From: Octopus sinensis
Taxonomy: Eukaryota
NCBI RefSeq assembly: GCF_006345805.1
Contig: NC_043005.1
Coordinates: 38,502,001 to 38,566,000, forward strand
Direction: 5' to 3'
DNA length: 64,000 nucleotides
Shown here: positions 25,208-39,554 of the stretch, in pieces
How the letters are laid out: the number at the start of each line of letters is the position of its first letter
How positions within the stretch are numbered: position 1 is the stretch's first letter
The notes under the pieces: model-generated
The model's input: the letters and a program-made list of their open reading frames with translations, nothing else
What the model was told of the DNA's origin: nothing
The model's database searches: none
Program-made: the position numbers and the translations under genes

Positions 25208-25899
25208 TAAGTGGGTGGGTTCTTCTATGTACAATAGATTCATGTTGCTTTTGTTTAGCCCTAGATCGGTCTTATTTAAACAGACCTATTTAATCATAAA
25301 GGCTGAAGTCCAGACTAACATGTTTTCATCTTTAGTTTAGTTTCGGGGAACCTTCTTTAAAATTCTATGACTTGTAAATATATTTGGTTTTCATGGTTCT
25401 CGTAACTGTCTCAAAACTCCTCAGAAAATCAATCATACTTAATATTTGGAGCCTCATTAGTGCAAATTTCAATAAAATTATTCCAAGATATTCTATGGTA
25501 TACGAAGTCGAGAAATTCTGAACAATTTTGTTTATAATTATTTAGCACCAGTAAATTAGAAGACAGGCTGACATAGCTGAAGCACCTGGAGCAGAGAGGG
25601 TGTGTTATTGATAAGGTCGTGAATGGCGACGAAAAGTCTTTGACAAACCCAAATTAGCTGATTGATTAATCAAACGATTGCCTGGTTAATTGGTTAAATG
25701 TTAATTAATTGACTAATAATAATAAAAGAAATGGAACAGAACCACTTCGTATGTTTATTATTGGCATTGTGACCTCCAGAGATACAGGAAAACTCGTTTC
25801 AACTAACGATTCTAACTTAAGAATCTTGCGAACCAAATACAAAAACGAACTATCAAGAAACATTTCTCAGTTATGCCAGTCGCTTTATTAACATTAAGA

Positions 25900-26400
25900 C
25901 CATTTACAAATTTCTTCAATCTCTTATAAGTATTTTCTTCAATATATTCTGACAGAGGCAGTACCGTGGCCAATGAAGTAAACCCGAGGTACGGTTATTG
26001 CTAGTTGAAATTATTGGTAGTTGTAAACTATTTTCTGACATCTGACTAACATGCCTTCATTTGAGAATGCTAACTTTTCTACTTCATCGATTGCCTCATT
26101 TCCGAACATATCTCACACCGTCTCTTTATAAACACGTTTGATCAAGTCCACACCCCCGCCACGAGCTTTTTGAGTCTTGGCAATCTTTCCTGAAGCAACA
26201 TAGCCAGCTTCCAGAACCCTTTCTTGACCCCTGATGTCTTTTGGAATCGAGCATTACTTTTGACACAGTCAACAGGATTTATTTGCAAAGTGTTTACTAG
26301 TAAAATGCTGTTTTAATACACTTTGAACTCTTGCTTCATTACTCAATTTCTTAACACAAACGATTGATAATAGCCATAGTTCTCACAGTGAGGGATATGA
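25900..26400 (-). mobile_element. hAT (Buster/Charlie-like) transposase remnant
   Basis: EAGYVASGKIAKTQKA...DMFGNEAIDEVEKLAFSN resembles the Buster-type motif SY.VA..IAK..K.HT...M.G.EA..EI.K.PLSN. Confidence 0.55.
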
Positions 26401-27399
26401 CCGCGAAGATTAGGTCCAGTTCCTAAGCTATTCACGGTTTCACTATTCTTTTACGATATGAGCTTACATCCGCATAGCTTAAGTTTTGAGATAAGAATAT
26501 GACAACGAGTAGATTGAATAGGTATCACCGTCGTCGTCGATGGCGCGCAAAAAAGAGCAAGCGTCGTGAGGGTGCCGGTTCACCATTTCTAGCTTCGTTT
26601 TTGTGATATATTTTTCTCTCCATACAAAGGAAAAATCGAGTGGTGTAAAATTCAAAATACTGTCTACTCTCTCAGGCCGTACGTGTAGTTTTCGAGTTCT
26701 TGGGACGGCCATTTCTCATTGACATCCTCCTAGTTATTCTTCTCCACTAAGTTATAATATTTATTTACCAGTCTTTATAGGTTAACTATTACTTCACTTT
26801 GACTGTGCGTTCTGTCGTCTACTACGAATCGCCCTTTACAAACTTATTCATTTTGAGTGAACTTCAAAATGAAACGCAAACAACAAAAACACCAAGAAAA
26901 TATTCATTAAATTGATTGTTTCAAAATGTCAACAGAATTTCATAGAAATCATAGTTCAAAGGTGATAACTTTTACTCTTTCAATTCATTTGATCAGTAAA
27001 TATTTAATATAAAGAAAAAGATTAATTAGTTTCTAACGTTCGCTTTTCCTTCTAATCTTATACGTGTTTTCTGTGTACTGAGAACAGAAAAAGGTATTTA
27101 ATATTCTAGATACCCCAGAGTGACACAGTACCCCAACTGAGAAAGTCTATGATAGACTATTAGCCAAAATCACACTGTAAGTTTCTAGAGTTAAAAGACT
27201 ACTCTCTTCAGAATGTTGAAGACTTCGCAGTTTAACCAAGAACTAAGATATTCACAGATAATTCGGAGATACAGTTAACAAAAGGTGACTGTAACAAAAG
27301 AAGTCGGTATCTCGTAGTATCTAGAAATTTTTTAACCTACCCCAGTATATATCGGGGACTACTGACAGTTTTAGAGATTAATAAAACTACTGCTTTAAA

Positions 27400-27645
27400 T
27401 AGACAAAGCAGTGAACCTAATTCCTATTTCTTTATTGCCCACAAGGGGCTAAACATAGAGGGAACAAACAAAGGGATTAAGTCGATTACATTGACCACAG
27501 TGCGTAACTGGTACTTAATTTATCGACTCCGAAAGGATGAAAGGCAAAGTCGACCTTGGCGGAATTTGAACTCACAACTTAAAGGCAGACAAAATACCAC
27601 TAAGCGTTTCGCCCGGCGTGCTAACGTTTCTGCCAGCTCGCCACC
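27400..27645 (-). mobile_element. tRNA-head SINE, family A (full monomer)
   Basis: Reverse complement of head through to the GTGGGCAATAAAGAAATAGG end. Confidence 0.85.
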
Positions 27646-28049
27646 AGTGAACATAATTCCATAGGGAACACTTAGTTATTTCCTTTGGTCTAAATCTTGC
27701 TGATGTTAACTTCCGCTTTCATCCTTCCGAACAAGGTAAAATATGAGCTAGTATAATATCTGGTACTAAGGTTGGGTTTCGCGACTATACATTCCACTTA
27801 AATTTGTGATTAATTGCGGGTAGCAGAACAAATGTAAGTAAATAAATATCGATAATTATTTTTCAGAACTCGAACAGAGAATGAAAAATAAACAAAGTGT
27901 CTGCTTGCTATATATTGCAAAAATTATTTCATTTCCTACAGTTTTATATGCTAATTCTTGCAGAATGTTACATATTGTTGCTATTGGCATCGATTATAGT
28001 TTTAGGCGATGCATCATCGTCATCGTCGTCGTCGTCCTCTTCCTCCGTC

Positions 28050-28905
28050 TAATCATCATCATCATCATCATCAAACCCGGACATTACTGTCTCGAGTCCC
28101 AAGATTCATAAGGCTGGTTTATAAGTGACCGACGCTACAACATTCCTCATGAACAGGACAATACTCCATTGCACTGTAACTCATCGTTGCCGGTTGATTA
28201 GACTGCAACAAAATGAAATGAAGTGTTTTTGCTCAATGATACGATGCACCGTCCGGTCTGGGTATCCAAACAACAAGCCTAAGCACTAGATCACGCTGAT
28301 ATAGTTGATATTATTTAGGCACTGGATCATAAGCCATAAACTGCCGGGGTCATCTGAAGTCAGTCGAGTTTGTCAGTTCACGCATTTTGATTGATATATT
28401 CATGCAACGATGCAATTGTTTCCCCTGCGTTATTATACATATAGAGCTATAACAGAATCATTTGTCGCTTATAGTGATGTGGTAATGTGAACGGATGTCA
28501 ATTCCATAGAGATGTCAACTCCACACTTGTAGAATAGAATGCTGATTCCAGGAAACTGCCGAGAGCTTGCATTGTCAATAATAGTAATAACATCCAAGAA
28601 TGTTTGTATCGGTATTCACAAATATCTTAAAAATTCATCTCTCCCCAATGTATCAACTGCTCCTATAAATATCTCTTGTTCTAAGCTAGTAATTTGAAGA
28701 TCTATTTCATTTGGTAGCGTCATTCAGTTCTGATAGACTATTGCAATTCTTGGAAGATTTATGCCAATATAACCTATATTGACACTGCAACGGAGTAGTG
28801 TCCAATTCATGGGGAATGTTGTAGCGTCGGTCACTTATAAACCAGCCTTATGAATCTTGGGACTCGAGACAGTAATGTCCAAGTTTTGATGATGATGATG
28901 ATGAT
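28050..28905. repeat. Long inverted repeat formed by two SINE-tail copies
   Basis: 28079-28146 is the perfect reverse complement of 28813-28880 (68 bp). Similarity extends inward to ~28178/28777 and outward into (CAT)n/(GAT)n. Confidence 0.92.
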
Positions 28906-30537
28906 GATAAGACAGGTGTCTTTATCGTCAGCACTAAATTTGAACCAAATTAAAGGTATTTTATAGTGTATACTACCTGCTTTGGGGGGGGGGGGTTATT
29001 TTGGAACTACAGACAATTTCGAGCCCGTCTTTAAATTTGAATATATACTTTTAATCCGACATCACTCACCCGTTTCGGTGGGTCATAGACAGTATCGTAA
29101 CAGTGGCATCTGGTTGGGGTCTAAAATGGTGGATGACCACGATTGAAAAGCCTTTTACTGTAGGTCTTTTCAGTCAGGGTTGACCTTGATCTTAAGTAAC
29201 ATCAAGACGAAATTGTGACTGAGAGAAGTGAAACACACAAGCACACACACATTTTATGTTACATACATTTACAGCAACACACCTATTTTATTCACACATA
29301 CACGCACATTTTATTATTATTTTATACTACACGCATACTTACACAGCTGCTCACGCACATATACACATAGATTAGGAACAATAGTTATTGTCTTCAATTA
29401 AACAACAACAAGAACAACAAAATAGAACAGTGTACAAAGACACGACAACCAACGTAAAGACACAAATATATATACACATACAAGCAAAACATAAATTACT
29501 AATACAGAAAATAGGTTTACATACTTACACACAGACACATATGGTGCGCACGAAAGCAAAAGAGTGATCTCATGATAGAATGAAAGAACGAACAAAAGAA
29601 AATCAACTCAAATAAAATGTATTCTCAGCGAATAATTTGTTTCATATATTTAAAATCTCCTTGAAATATTGATTATGAAGCTACAAACAGTCTTTTCCCT
29701 TTTAAAACAATGTCACATTGTCTAACCTTATTTCTGCTGACAATCATTTTCTTGGCGGTTTTACCTATTTAAACGCTGTACTTCGCTTTTATTTACATTC
29801 AAATTTATCTTCAAAATATATTTCCTTATTTTCTTTCAACAATTCTTAAGTATCTTCGTGTTTCTTTACTTTGATATTTATTTACTTACTTTTGTACTTA
29901 TTTTACCTCTTTATATATTTGCTTGTTTATTATATATTTACATATCTATCATTTATCTTTAATTCTAAGCTGTTTGTTTATTTCTTATTGATGTGTTCAG
30001 ATTGTCAACTTTGAAGAAATAATAGAGAAAAAAAACAAAAAACTGTTCGGAAAATAGAATTATATTCTAATTTTCTGCAGCTATTTCATCAGTAAATTTT
30101 ATTTAAATTAGTGAAAAAAAATTCATTGTCAAATACAAATAAATTTCTTTAGAAATGATTGAAAGAAACAAATGCGATAACAAAAATTCATTCAACGTCA
30201 CCGTCTACAGCAGAAATTACACATTAATTCCAAGTACGTGATTTCGTTGAAAACTGCGTTACGGTGATTAAATCCGATTTATCTTTTATCTTTTACTTGT
30301 TTCAGCCATTGGACAGTGGCCATGCAAGAGCACTGACTTGAATGCTTTGGTCAAATAAATCACCCCCCCCCCAGGCACGTAAGGTTTTTAAAGTCTGGTG
30401 CTAAATCTATCGGTCTGTTTTGTAGAACAACTAAGTTACTGGGACGTAAACAAAAGTGACACCGGTTATCAAGCGATGGAGGGGCTTAGAGAGAAACACA
30501 GTGACAGACGCACATACATATGTTATATATACATATG

Positions 30538-30582
<45 letters not shown>

Positions 30583-30717
30583 TACACACACACAAGCATA
30601 TAAGGCTCCAACATGGCCGCAGTCAAATGACTAAAACAAGTAAAAACGGAGATTAAATGTATATGCACATTCAAATCAATTATATATAAACTGCGGACTG
30701 ATTTACACACGTACACA

Positions 30718-30778
<61 letters not shown>

Positions 30779-30992
30779 ACACTTATACATGCAGTCATAC
30801 ACGCACACACACATACACACACACATATATATTCTTTTACTCTTTTACTTGTTTCAGTCATCTGACTGCGGCCATGCTGGAGCACTGCCTCATATACTTA
30901 TATCAGACTACCCGTGACTCGTTGGGTCACCGGTAAACTCTGAGTTTCCCAGTAACGGAGTTTTGTTTCATGTTTTTTTTTTTCTGTTCCAG

Positions 30993-31030
30993 GTTATTTC
31001 GCATGCCTTCAACGAATGTGTCAGTGGAAG
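30993..31030 (+). other. Candidate 38-nt internal exon of an unidentified host gene
   Basis: Preceded by a long poly-T tract ending CTGTTCCAG, with a possible branch point GTAAC ~35 nt upstream, and followed by AAG|GTTAGA. All three frames are open. No protein match recognised. Confidence 0.3.
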
Positions 31031-31158
31031 GTTAGAGTTTCTTCCCTTTCAGGATGAAGTTAAATTCGGAATATTTTCCCATTATGCACCGTTTTGGGAA
31101 TTTATGCCACCAAACCCCAAATATCTGAATAACTTCTGCCTCCGATTTACATATATAT

Positions 31159-31203
<45 letters not shown>

Positions 31204-31552
31204 AGAGTTTACGAAAAAAACAAAAGACGAAGACAGGTGGTGTACAAAACAAACAGATGTATTAGTATAACGCTCAGGAATAGAAAAAGTCTTTTACGTT
31301 TCGAGCCTACGCTCTTCTACAGAAAGGGACAAAGAAAAAACAAGGAGAGAAAAAATGTGTGTAGTGGATAACGATCTATCATGGCGGGTCAATATATAAT
31401 ATATACAATATATATATATATATATGTATGCATGTATATATATATATGTGTGTGTTTGTGTATATATATATATATATATATATATAAATTACGTATTTAT
31501 ATATATATATTCATATACGTAATTCAAATCATAATTAAACAAATCATAAATA

Positions 31553-31742
31553 CGAGAGGGTGCTGAAAAATTCCTGGCTTTAAGGGTATCACGAAAGCTC
31601 TGCATGGAGGCCCAACCTTTCGAGTTCTTTTACATGGCTCAGAAAAACTGAAGGACCGCTGCAATAGATGTGTGAATCGCAATTAACTGATTCTCCTGTA
31701 TTTTCTTTTACCCAAAGCTAAGAGCTTTTCAGCACGCCCTCG
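31553..31742. mobile_element. Mariner-derived MITE (190 bp) with TA target duplication
   Basis: TA-CGAGAGGGTGCTGAAAA ... TTTTCAGCACGCCCTCG-TA (17-bp TIR, 2 mismatches). A related terminus lies at 49837-49865. Confidence 0.85.
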
Positions 31743-31797
31743 TATATGTATGATTATGTATATATGCAGGCATATATGTATGCGTTTAGATATATGA

Positions 31798-31836
<39 letters not shown>

Positions 31837-32290
31837 GAATATATATGTATATATGTGTATACATTAGTGAGTATATGTATATAAAATAAAATGACAAACT
31901 TCCATAATTACTCTTCATATGACAGGTAACCCCCAGCGAGTGTTTGTGCCTGTGTAGGTGCGCGCACTTGTGTATTATATATACACATATATACATAAAT
32001 ATATAATATATACAATATATATGTATATAAATGTATATATATATGTATGTATATATATATACGTATATAGATATATAGAGAGAGAGGAAGGAGAGAGGGA
32101 GAGAGGGAGAGGGTGGTGAGAGTGTAAGAGCGAGAAAGTGGGACATTCATAACTATACGTATATAGGTATGTATGTGTGCGTGTGCGTGCGAAATTTTAA
32201 TAATTTTTTCTGTATTAATAATAATTCATCACTCTGTTCTATTGTATAAGAGCGGTCTTTTGATGTCTCTACCTCTATCCGTTTCATATA

Positions 32291-32359
<69 letters not shown>

Positions 32360-32372
32360 ATACATACATACA

Positions 32373-32404
<32 letters not shown>

Positions 32405-33015
32405 CATATATACATGCATATATATATGAGTATATATATATATATTTCAATATGTTTGTATATCCATTTATACACACATATATGAATATAAATGTATATG
32501 TTTACTTATAAATATACTTCAATATATACTTACATTCATACATGTATCTTTCTATGTGTAGTGTAGTTAATTTACTATCTGAGTTGGTTAGTTGTGTACG
32601 TGAGAAATTACATACTAGTTTTACATTATATATAAATATATTTATTTTATACAATGCTAACGTTAGTACCTCTGCCCCTGCATCTGTTTCTAATGTAAAA
32701 AAATGAAGTTGGATGAAACTTGCGAACCTTTCATTTAAAGTACGCCACAATATATATAGCCATACACAAACATCTACAATTCCTTGCTAGAAATAGTTGT
32801 TAAATTTTCCTCTAACGACTCACTTAACGAAGTATACATTGTATGATATGTCTATGAGTAGGTAGAATGTGTCTAAAGTTAGGACGAGATGGTCACGAAT
32901 GGAAGCATAGTTTTGATCCACTAGGTTTATTGTTTGACGAAATAACAATAGTAACATCAATAACGATAGATAGGGAAACACCTGTTTAACAGTTATTGCT
33001 TCTAGTTTCAAATCC

Positions 33016-33151
33016 TAGTAAGTGGGCTCGACATGAATCACGACTATAAGATACCCGGTTTTGGTTAAACTGCACCGCAAAATGTGGGAGTAGTTAGGAA
33101 TCTAAATCGTAGGAGACAGACAGCACACAACCTTACTTTTATATATAAAGA
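33016..33151 (-). mobile_element. Non-autonomous Helitron-like 5' end
   Basis: Minus strand reads A|TCTTTATATATAAAAGTAAGGTTGTGTGCTGTCTGTC, a TC start after A. The 3' end is not established. Confidence 0.5.
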
Positions 33152-35480
33152 TAATCTAAACTAGCTTCGGCAGTAGATATTCTAAGAGTGGAACGATACA
33201 GAGAAGAATATCATGGTCCTTGCTCAAGAATGATACGCATGAAGCGTTCCATATTTTTCCAAGGCGGCATGGTGGCAGAATCGTTAGCAGGTCGAGCAAA
33301 ATACTTAGCGGCATTTTGTCTGTCTTTACGTTCTGAATTTAAATTCACAGAGATCAACTTTGCCGATATTCGCTCGCCGATGATGATGATGTTGTTGACG
33401 ACGACGATGATGGTGGTATCGTTGTATGGAAGACGTACACGACAAACTGCAATAGTTTATTTATGGAATTATTCCGTTGTTTAAATTCCTTCTCTGTTAA
33501 AACTTTTCTTTTTCTATGAAATACAAACATAAACAAATCAAATGCCTGGCAGACTGAATGTTCTGTCACTATAATAAAGCTAAAGAGTGAAGGAGAAGGG
33601 AGATAAGAGCAGGAGAGGATCAAAAACCAGTCGCTTCGTGTTTTTATATTTTTATTGAGAAGAAAAAGAAAGACATATTTAATAAGGAGAGGATTTAAAG
33701 AACAAACTATTCGATAAATTAACTATTTAACTTTTCGCTTATATCTTCGACGTCCGATCCCTACAATACCCTTTTGTTAATATTTTCTGTCTATGAATAT
33801 TCTCTCCATATTTTAGTTGCCTTTTTGTAGTTTGATGTAACATAAAAAGGAAAGAAAAAGAACCGTAAATCTGGTTTTGAAAGAAGCCCCGCTTTAAAAC
33901 TAAACTATAAATGAATGGTTTTAAGACCTTTTTTCTCTTATTTTCCATAAAATAGTTATACTGCCGTAGCACAATAAAAGGAGTATAAAAGCAACGTTTC
34001 TCCGTTTTAAACACCTGTCTTTTTTTTTCTAAATTTATTATTCTATCATAGCATTATGAAAATGCATGATACAGCAAGCTTCTCGAATATATTCCTTTTA
34101 AAAGAAGACAAAATATTTTTAAGCCCGATTTTCAGATTCTCGCCAAAAATCGTTCAAAATACGTTGTTTTGCTTTTAAGCTTTTCAGTCTCGTGACAATC
34201 AACGTATATGAACATACATACATACATACATACATACATACATACATACATACATACATACATACATACACACACACGCAGACGTACACATCGATACATG
34301 TGTATGTGTGTGTGCGCGTGCCCGTGTGCGTGTGTGTTTGCGTGTGTGTGCGTGTATGTTTTCTTTTTCTCGTAATTTCGAATTACACTCTGCAGGCCAC
34401 CTGCTTGGCTGCTTGGTAGCAAAGTCATGATGGAAAGCATGTGGTTTAGTTCATCACACTTTACATTTTAAAAAGGTCTTGCACATTTTTATTGACCCAG
34501 ATATCGTGATCACTTGTAGCGTATGAATTAAGGTGTTGCATTCGTATTCTGGCAACCTAAGTTCAATCATATTTTGCTCCAGGCGGAATTGGTACGTGTC
34601 CTGTTGGTCCAATAATAATAAGTATAAAACTGAAAGTATATCTTGGGTACTGGAAATGCAAACTCCTTATCAATGACTCAGAGATGTTATCTTTCTTCTT
34701 TATTTTTCTGACTATACTGGTGTTTAAAGGGCAGTTGGTTTTCACAACAGAGAATATTTTTTCTCTTCTAACTAATGTTAGGAAAATATGCCTGCATGTG
34801 TTTATGTATGTATGTATTTATGCGTACATGTATGTTTGTATGTATATATGTATGTATGCATGTATGTATGTATGCATGTATATATGTATGTATGCATGTA
34901 TGTATGTATTTATGTATGTATTTATGTATGTATTATGTATGTATATATGTATGTATGTATGTATGTGTGTATGTATGTATGTATGAGGAACAGAACCCGT
35001 ATGTAATAAGGTACGTTGAAGTATATAATAACGTATTTCGAATTCATTTGAATGTATTAAGATATTTTTGAATAATTTTACTAGAATACAAAAAGAACTT
35101 TAATTTAGCGTCTTTCGTCTCCCCTTGGCGTACCTCTTCTAATTTAATAAAGGCGCTCTAAAACTTTTGTAATACTTTGTATTACGATAGAATAGGCTTA
35201 CGTGTACTTCTCATGCTGACATACATACATACATACATACATACATACATACATACATACATACATACATACATACATACAGACAGACAGACAGATATAT
35301 TTACTTTGTAAACATGCTTCGGAAAACCCTTAGTGGGTGTAGACGATCAAATCTACTTGTACTTATTACATCATTTTCCCCCTGCCGAACCACTCAGTAA
35401 CGGCTCAACTTGATCACAAAGACGCACACGCACACTTATATTCACACATACATACATACATACATACATACATACATACA

Positions 35481-35511
<31 letters not shown>

Positions 35512-35924
35512 TTACATACACGCATACATACATATGAGTGTGTGTGTACACATACATGTATACGAATGCATGATGTATATAAGTATGCATATAATTTTGA
35601 AATTGTATAGACTTGACTACAAACGGGTGAAGCTGCATACAACACCATATATGGTTCATTGCTAAACCTCAAAATTATTTCAGTACAAAGTGAAATTTTT
35701 GTAGATCTATTGATGTAAAATTTCTCATCTAAATATAATTATTTCTCTCGTCTGCTGTAAGACTATTCCCTCTCATTCATATATATATACTTTCTCTCTC
35801 ACTCTCTCTCTCTCCCATTATATATACAGATATATTCTGATGAGTGTTCGTGTATGTAAGTATATATTTGTATATATATATGCAGACACACACCCGTGCA
35901 GACATGCGTGCATACTCACATATA

Positions 35925-36149
35925 CTGTATGTGTATATTTCTGAATAAATACGTGTATACACATGTACAGTCATATTAGAGATAGAGACTTCTCTATCTC
36001 TAATACTTTCCCCTCTTCTCTCTCTCTCCCCCCTCTCTCTCTCTCTCTCTCTCTCGCTTGCTCTCTTTCTCTGTGTATAACACACAGAAAGACATTGATA
36101 TATTCCTTTTATATATATATACACACACACACATGTATAGATACATACA

Positions 36150-36225
<76 letters not shown>

Positions 36226-36320
36226 GAGAGAGAGGGTAGGAAAGCGGGAGTAGGGAGAGTGAGAAGGTACGTCAGTGAGGGAGAGTGTGGTAAGAGTGAG
36301 AAAGAGGTTAGGAGAGAGAA
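35925..36320 (+). repeat. Dispersed direct duplication, copy 1 (copy 2 at ~37660-38010)
   Basis: The same order of unique spacers and CT/CA/TA/GA microsatellites occurs in both (TTCTGAATAAATACGTGTATAC, GAAAGACATTGATA, GGTACGTCAGTGAGGGAGAGTGTGGTAAGAGTGA). Confidence 0.85.
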
Positions 36321-36817
36321 TATTTTTGTATAATTTTTCTAACTTTATACACCTATGTATTCATTAGTGCTATGTACAAAGCGGAAATTCACATTCACAA
36401 ACCTACATACGCACATACACACACACGCTTATATGTATATACGTATGTATTGAATTTCTTTACAGCAGTCACAAGGTCAATTCTTCCTATTGGTAGGTTA
36501 TACAGTCAATTGAATAGAACCCGGTGTATTATTAGCACTTACATTATCGATTACAAAGTGATGAAAGACAATGTTGATCGGAGCTAAATTTGAATTCAAA
36601 AGAGTTTGTTTCGAACATGTCGCAGCGTATTATATGAGCCGTTATGCTGTTCTAACCTACATACCCCGTGCTTATATGTTTACGTTTTTTCGACAGTATG
36701 ATGGAAATGAAACTTTTGCAGTTGAACGGAGGCGGGAGTGGAATGATAGTAAAGAACCCAGCATCTTTTTTTTCTTAAAATGTATTCGTATCAGTATCAT
36801 ATAAAAATCTCCTCATA

Positions 36818-37010
36818 GGCACAAGCATGACTGCGTGGTAAGATGTTTTGCTTTCCAATCACATGGTTCTGGGTTCAGTCCCACTGTGTAACATCTTGAC
36901 CGAGTGTCTTGTCCTTTAGGCTCGGGTCGAACAAAGCCTCGAGAGTGAGTTTGATATTCAGAAACTGAAAGAAACCCGTCGTTTATAATGTGTGTGTGTT
37001 TGTGTTTCTC
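36818..37010 (+). mobile_element. tRNA-head SINE, family B
   Basis: GCATGACTGCGTGGTAAGA..CACATGGTTCTGGGTTCAGTCCCACTG. Reverse copies at ~38020-38140, 39140-39270, 45750-45945 and 52325-52490. Confidence 0.8.
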
Positions 37011-37092
37011 CCCCACCGTCGCTTGACGACCGGTGTTGGTGTGTTTATGTCCCCATAAATTGGTGGTTCAGCAAGAGACAGATTAAGTACCA

Positions 37093-37400
37093 GGCTAGAG
37101 CGTCGGGCCCGCAATCATGAAGTAGTAAGTTTGATTCCCAGACCGGGCTCTGTAGGTGTGTGTGTGTGTGCTGTGTTCTTGATCAAGACACTTTATTTTA
37201 CGTTACTCCAGTTCACTTAGCTGTAGAAATGTGTTGCGACGTCACTGGTGCCAAGCTGTATCGGCCTTTGCCTTTCTCTTGGATAGCATCGGTAGCATGG
37301 AGAGGGGATGCTGGTATGGTCGACTGTTGGTATTCTATAAACAACTTTACCCGGACTTATGCTTGAGAGGAGAAACTTGTAGGTGCAATCCCATGATCAT
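37093..37400 (+). mobile_element. tRNA-head SINE, family C
   Basis: TAGAGCGTCGGG..AATCATGA.GTAGT.AGTT(T/C)GATTCC..GACC..CAAGACACTTTATTT..CTCCAGTTCACT.AGCTGTAGAAATG. A second copy is at 52538-52830. Confidence 0.8.
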
Positions 37401-37743
37401 TTACTTTACTTAATCGGGTCGATAAGTTCGATTAAAATTCCTTAAGGCAGTGAATCAGCGTGGCTGCAGTCTATGGAGAGAAACAAGTACAAGATATGTG
37501 CATATCCGTATATATACATTACTGTATGCAGCCACAGACAGACACACGTACACGCAACTTCTTTCACACGCATGACTTGACAGTGAGTCAATTATGCATA
37601 TACGCACTTCCCACAACTTCAAAATTTCTGCGAGTATCATCATCCGCTGTCATTAAGTGTATGTGTATATTTCTGAATAAATACGTGTATACTCATGTAC
37701 AGTCATATTGTTATAGAGACTTCTCTATCCCTAATACTTTTCA

Positions 37744-37790
<47 letters not shown>

Positions 37791-37874
37791 TCTCTCTCTC
37801 TGTAACACACAAAGAAAGAAAGACATTGATAGATTCCTTTTACACACACACACACATGTATAGATGCATACATG

Positions 37875-37927
<53 letters not shown>

Positions 37928-38159
37928 GTGGGTAGGAAAGAGTAGGTAGGGAGAGAGAGAGGTACGTCAGTGAGGGAGAGTGTGGTAAGAGTGAAAAAGA
38001 GGTTAGGAGAGGGGCTACCACAAATTCACTCACAAGGCTATAGTTGCTGACGCTTACTCAAGGTGCTGCGCAATGCGACAGAACCTGAAACCACGTGTTT
38101 GCAAAGCGACCTTCTCAGCCACACAACCATGCCTACCCATGCATATAATATGTAGTCAT

Positions 38160-39000
38160 TAAGGTGGGGAGCTAGTAGAATCTTTAGCTCGCTGAACAAA
38201 AATGTTTAGCGCTGTTTCTGATATTACGTTCTGAGTTCAAATTCCGCCGAGGTGGACTTTATCTTTCATCCTTCGATTTCAATAAAATAAGTACCATTTG
38301 AGCACTATAATCATTAAATCAGCTTAGTCCCATCCCAGAAATTGCTGGCCTATTGCCAAAATTTGAAACTAATATTGTTATCCACTGTCATTAAAGCGGT
38401 GAACTAGCAGAATCTTTTACCCGCCAAACAAAAATGCTTAGCGTTATTTCTGATTTTGCGTTCTGAGTTCAAGTTGTGCCGTGATCAACTTAGCCTTTCA
38501 AACTTTCGAGCGCGGTAAAATCAAGTACCATGGTTGGTGTTATCGACAAGCTCCGTCCCTAAAACTTTCAGGCCTTGTACCTTTACTAGAAAGATTTATC
38601 ATTAAGGTGGTAAACTGGCAGAATCGTTAGAATATCGGACAAAACGCTTATCGGCATTTCTTCCAGCTTAACGTTGTGATTTCAAATTACGTTGCAGTCA
38701 GCTTTGCTTTTGATCTTTTGAGAGTCAATGAAATAAGTACTGAGGTCGATGAAATTGACTTCCCTATTCTCTTTAAAAAAGCTGCTGTCTTTATGCCGCA
38801 ATGAGAAAGGAATATTGCCCGTTCTTTTTGTGGAGACGCTACAGTGTGAAACGATGCACTGCAGTATCAGGCTACGTCGCATAGTACATTTTGAGTTCAA
38901 ATAACATCTTTGCCTTTGATCCGATAAAATTAAATAGCAGTCGAGTACTATGGTCGATGCGGTCACCTAACCTCCTCCCCTCAAATATTGTCCGGTTGTC
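38160..39000 (+). mobile_element. Chain of four diverged family A SINE monomers
   Basis: Heads at ~38160, 38393, 38603 and 38840, each with a GAGTTCAAAT-type B-box-like motif. Confidence 0.75.
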
Positions 39001-39506
39001 AAGTAGTAGTAGTATTAGTAGGAAGAGAAATAGAAATAGAAATACATACACACACATATATATATATACATACATATTAAATATATATGTTATACAGATA
39101 CCTGTACACCCCACCAACACACACACATATATAAACGTGGGGCTACCACACAGTTTCCATCTAAGAAATTCACTCACAAGACAGTCATTTACTCAAGATG
39201 CTGCGCAGTGCGACTGAACCTGAAACCATGTGGTTGCAAAACGACCTTCTCAGCTACACAACCATGCCTACTCATGCATATAATATGCAGGGTCGGGATC
39301 AGGGTACGCATCATTCTCGTATAGCCCAACACTGTGTGCTTCTTCTTCAAGTCGCCAGTATATATTCACAATTCCTATTCCTAAAATGAAAGCCCTCCTT
39401 TCCAGTTTTGTCCAACAATATCCTTCAGGCATCATCCTCATTGCACCAGCTGGAAACCGCTGTTGAAGAATTATAATTAATTCACTTACAAATAATATAT
39501 ATATAT

Positions 39507-39554
<48 letters not shown>

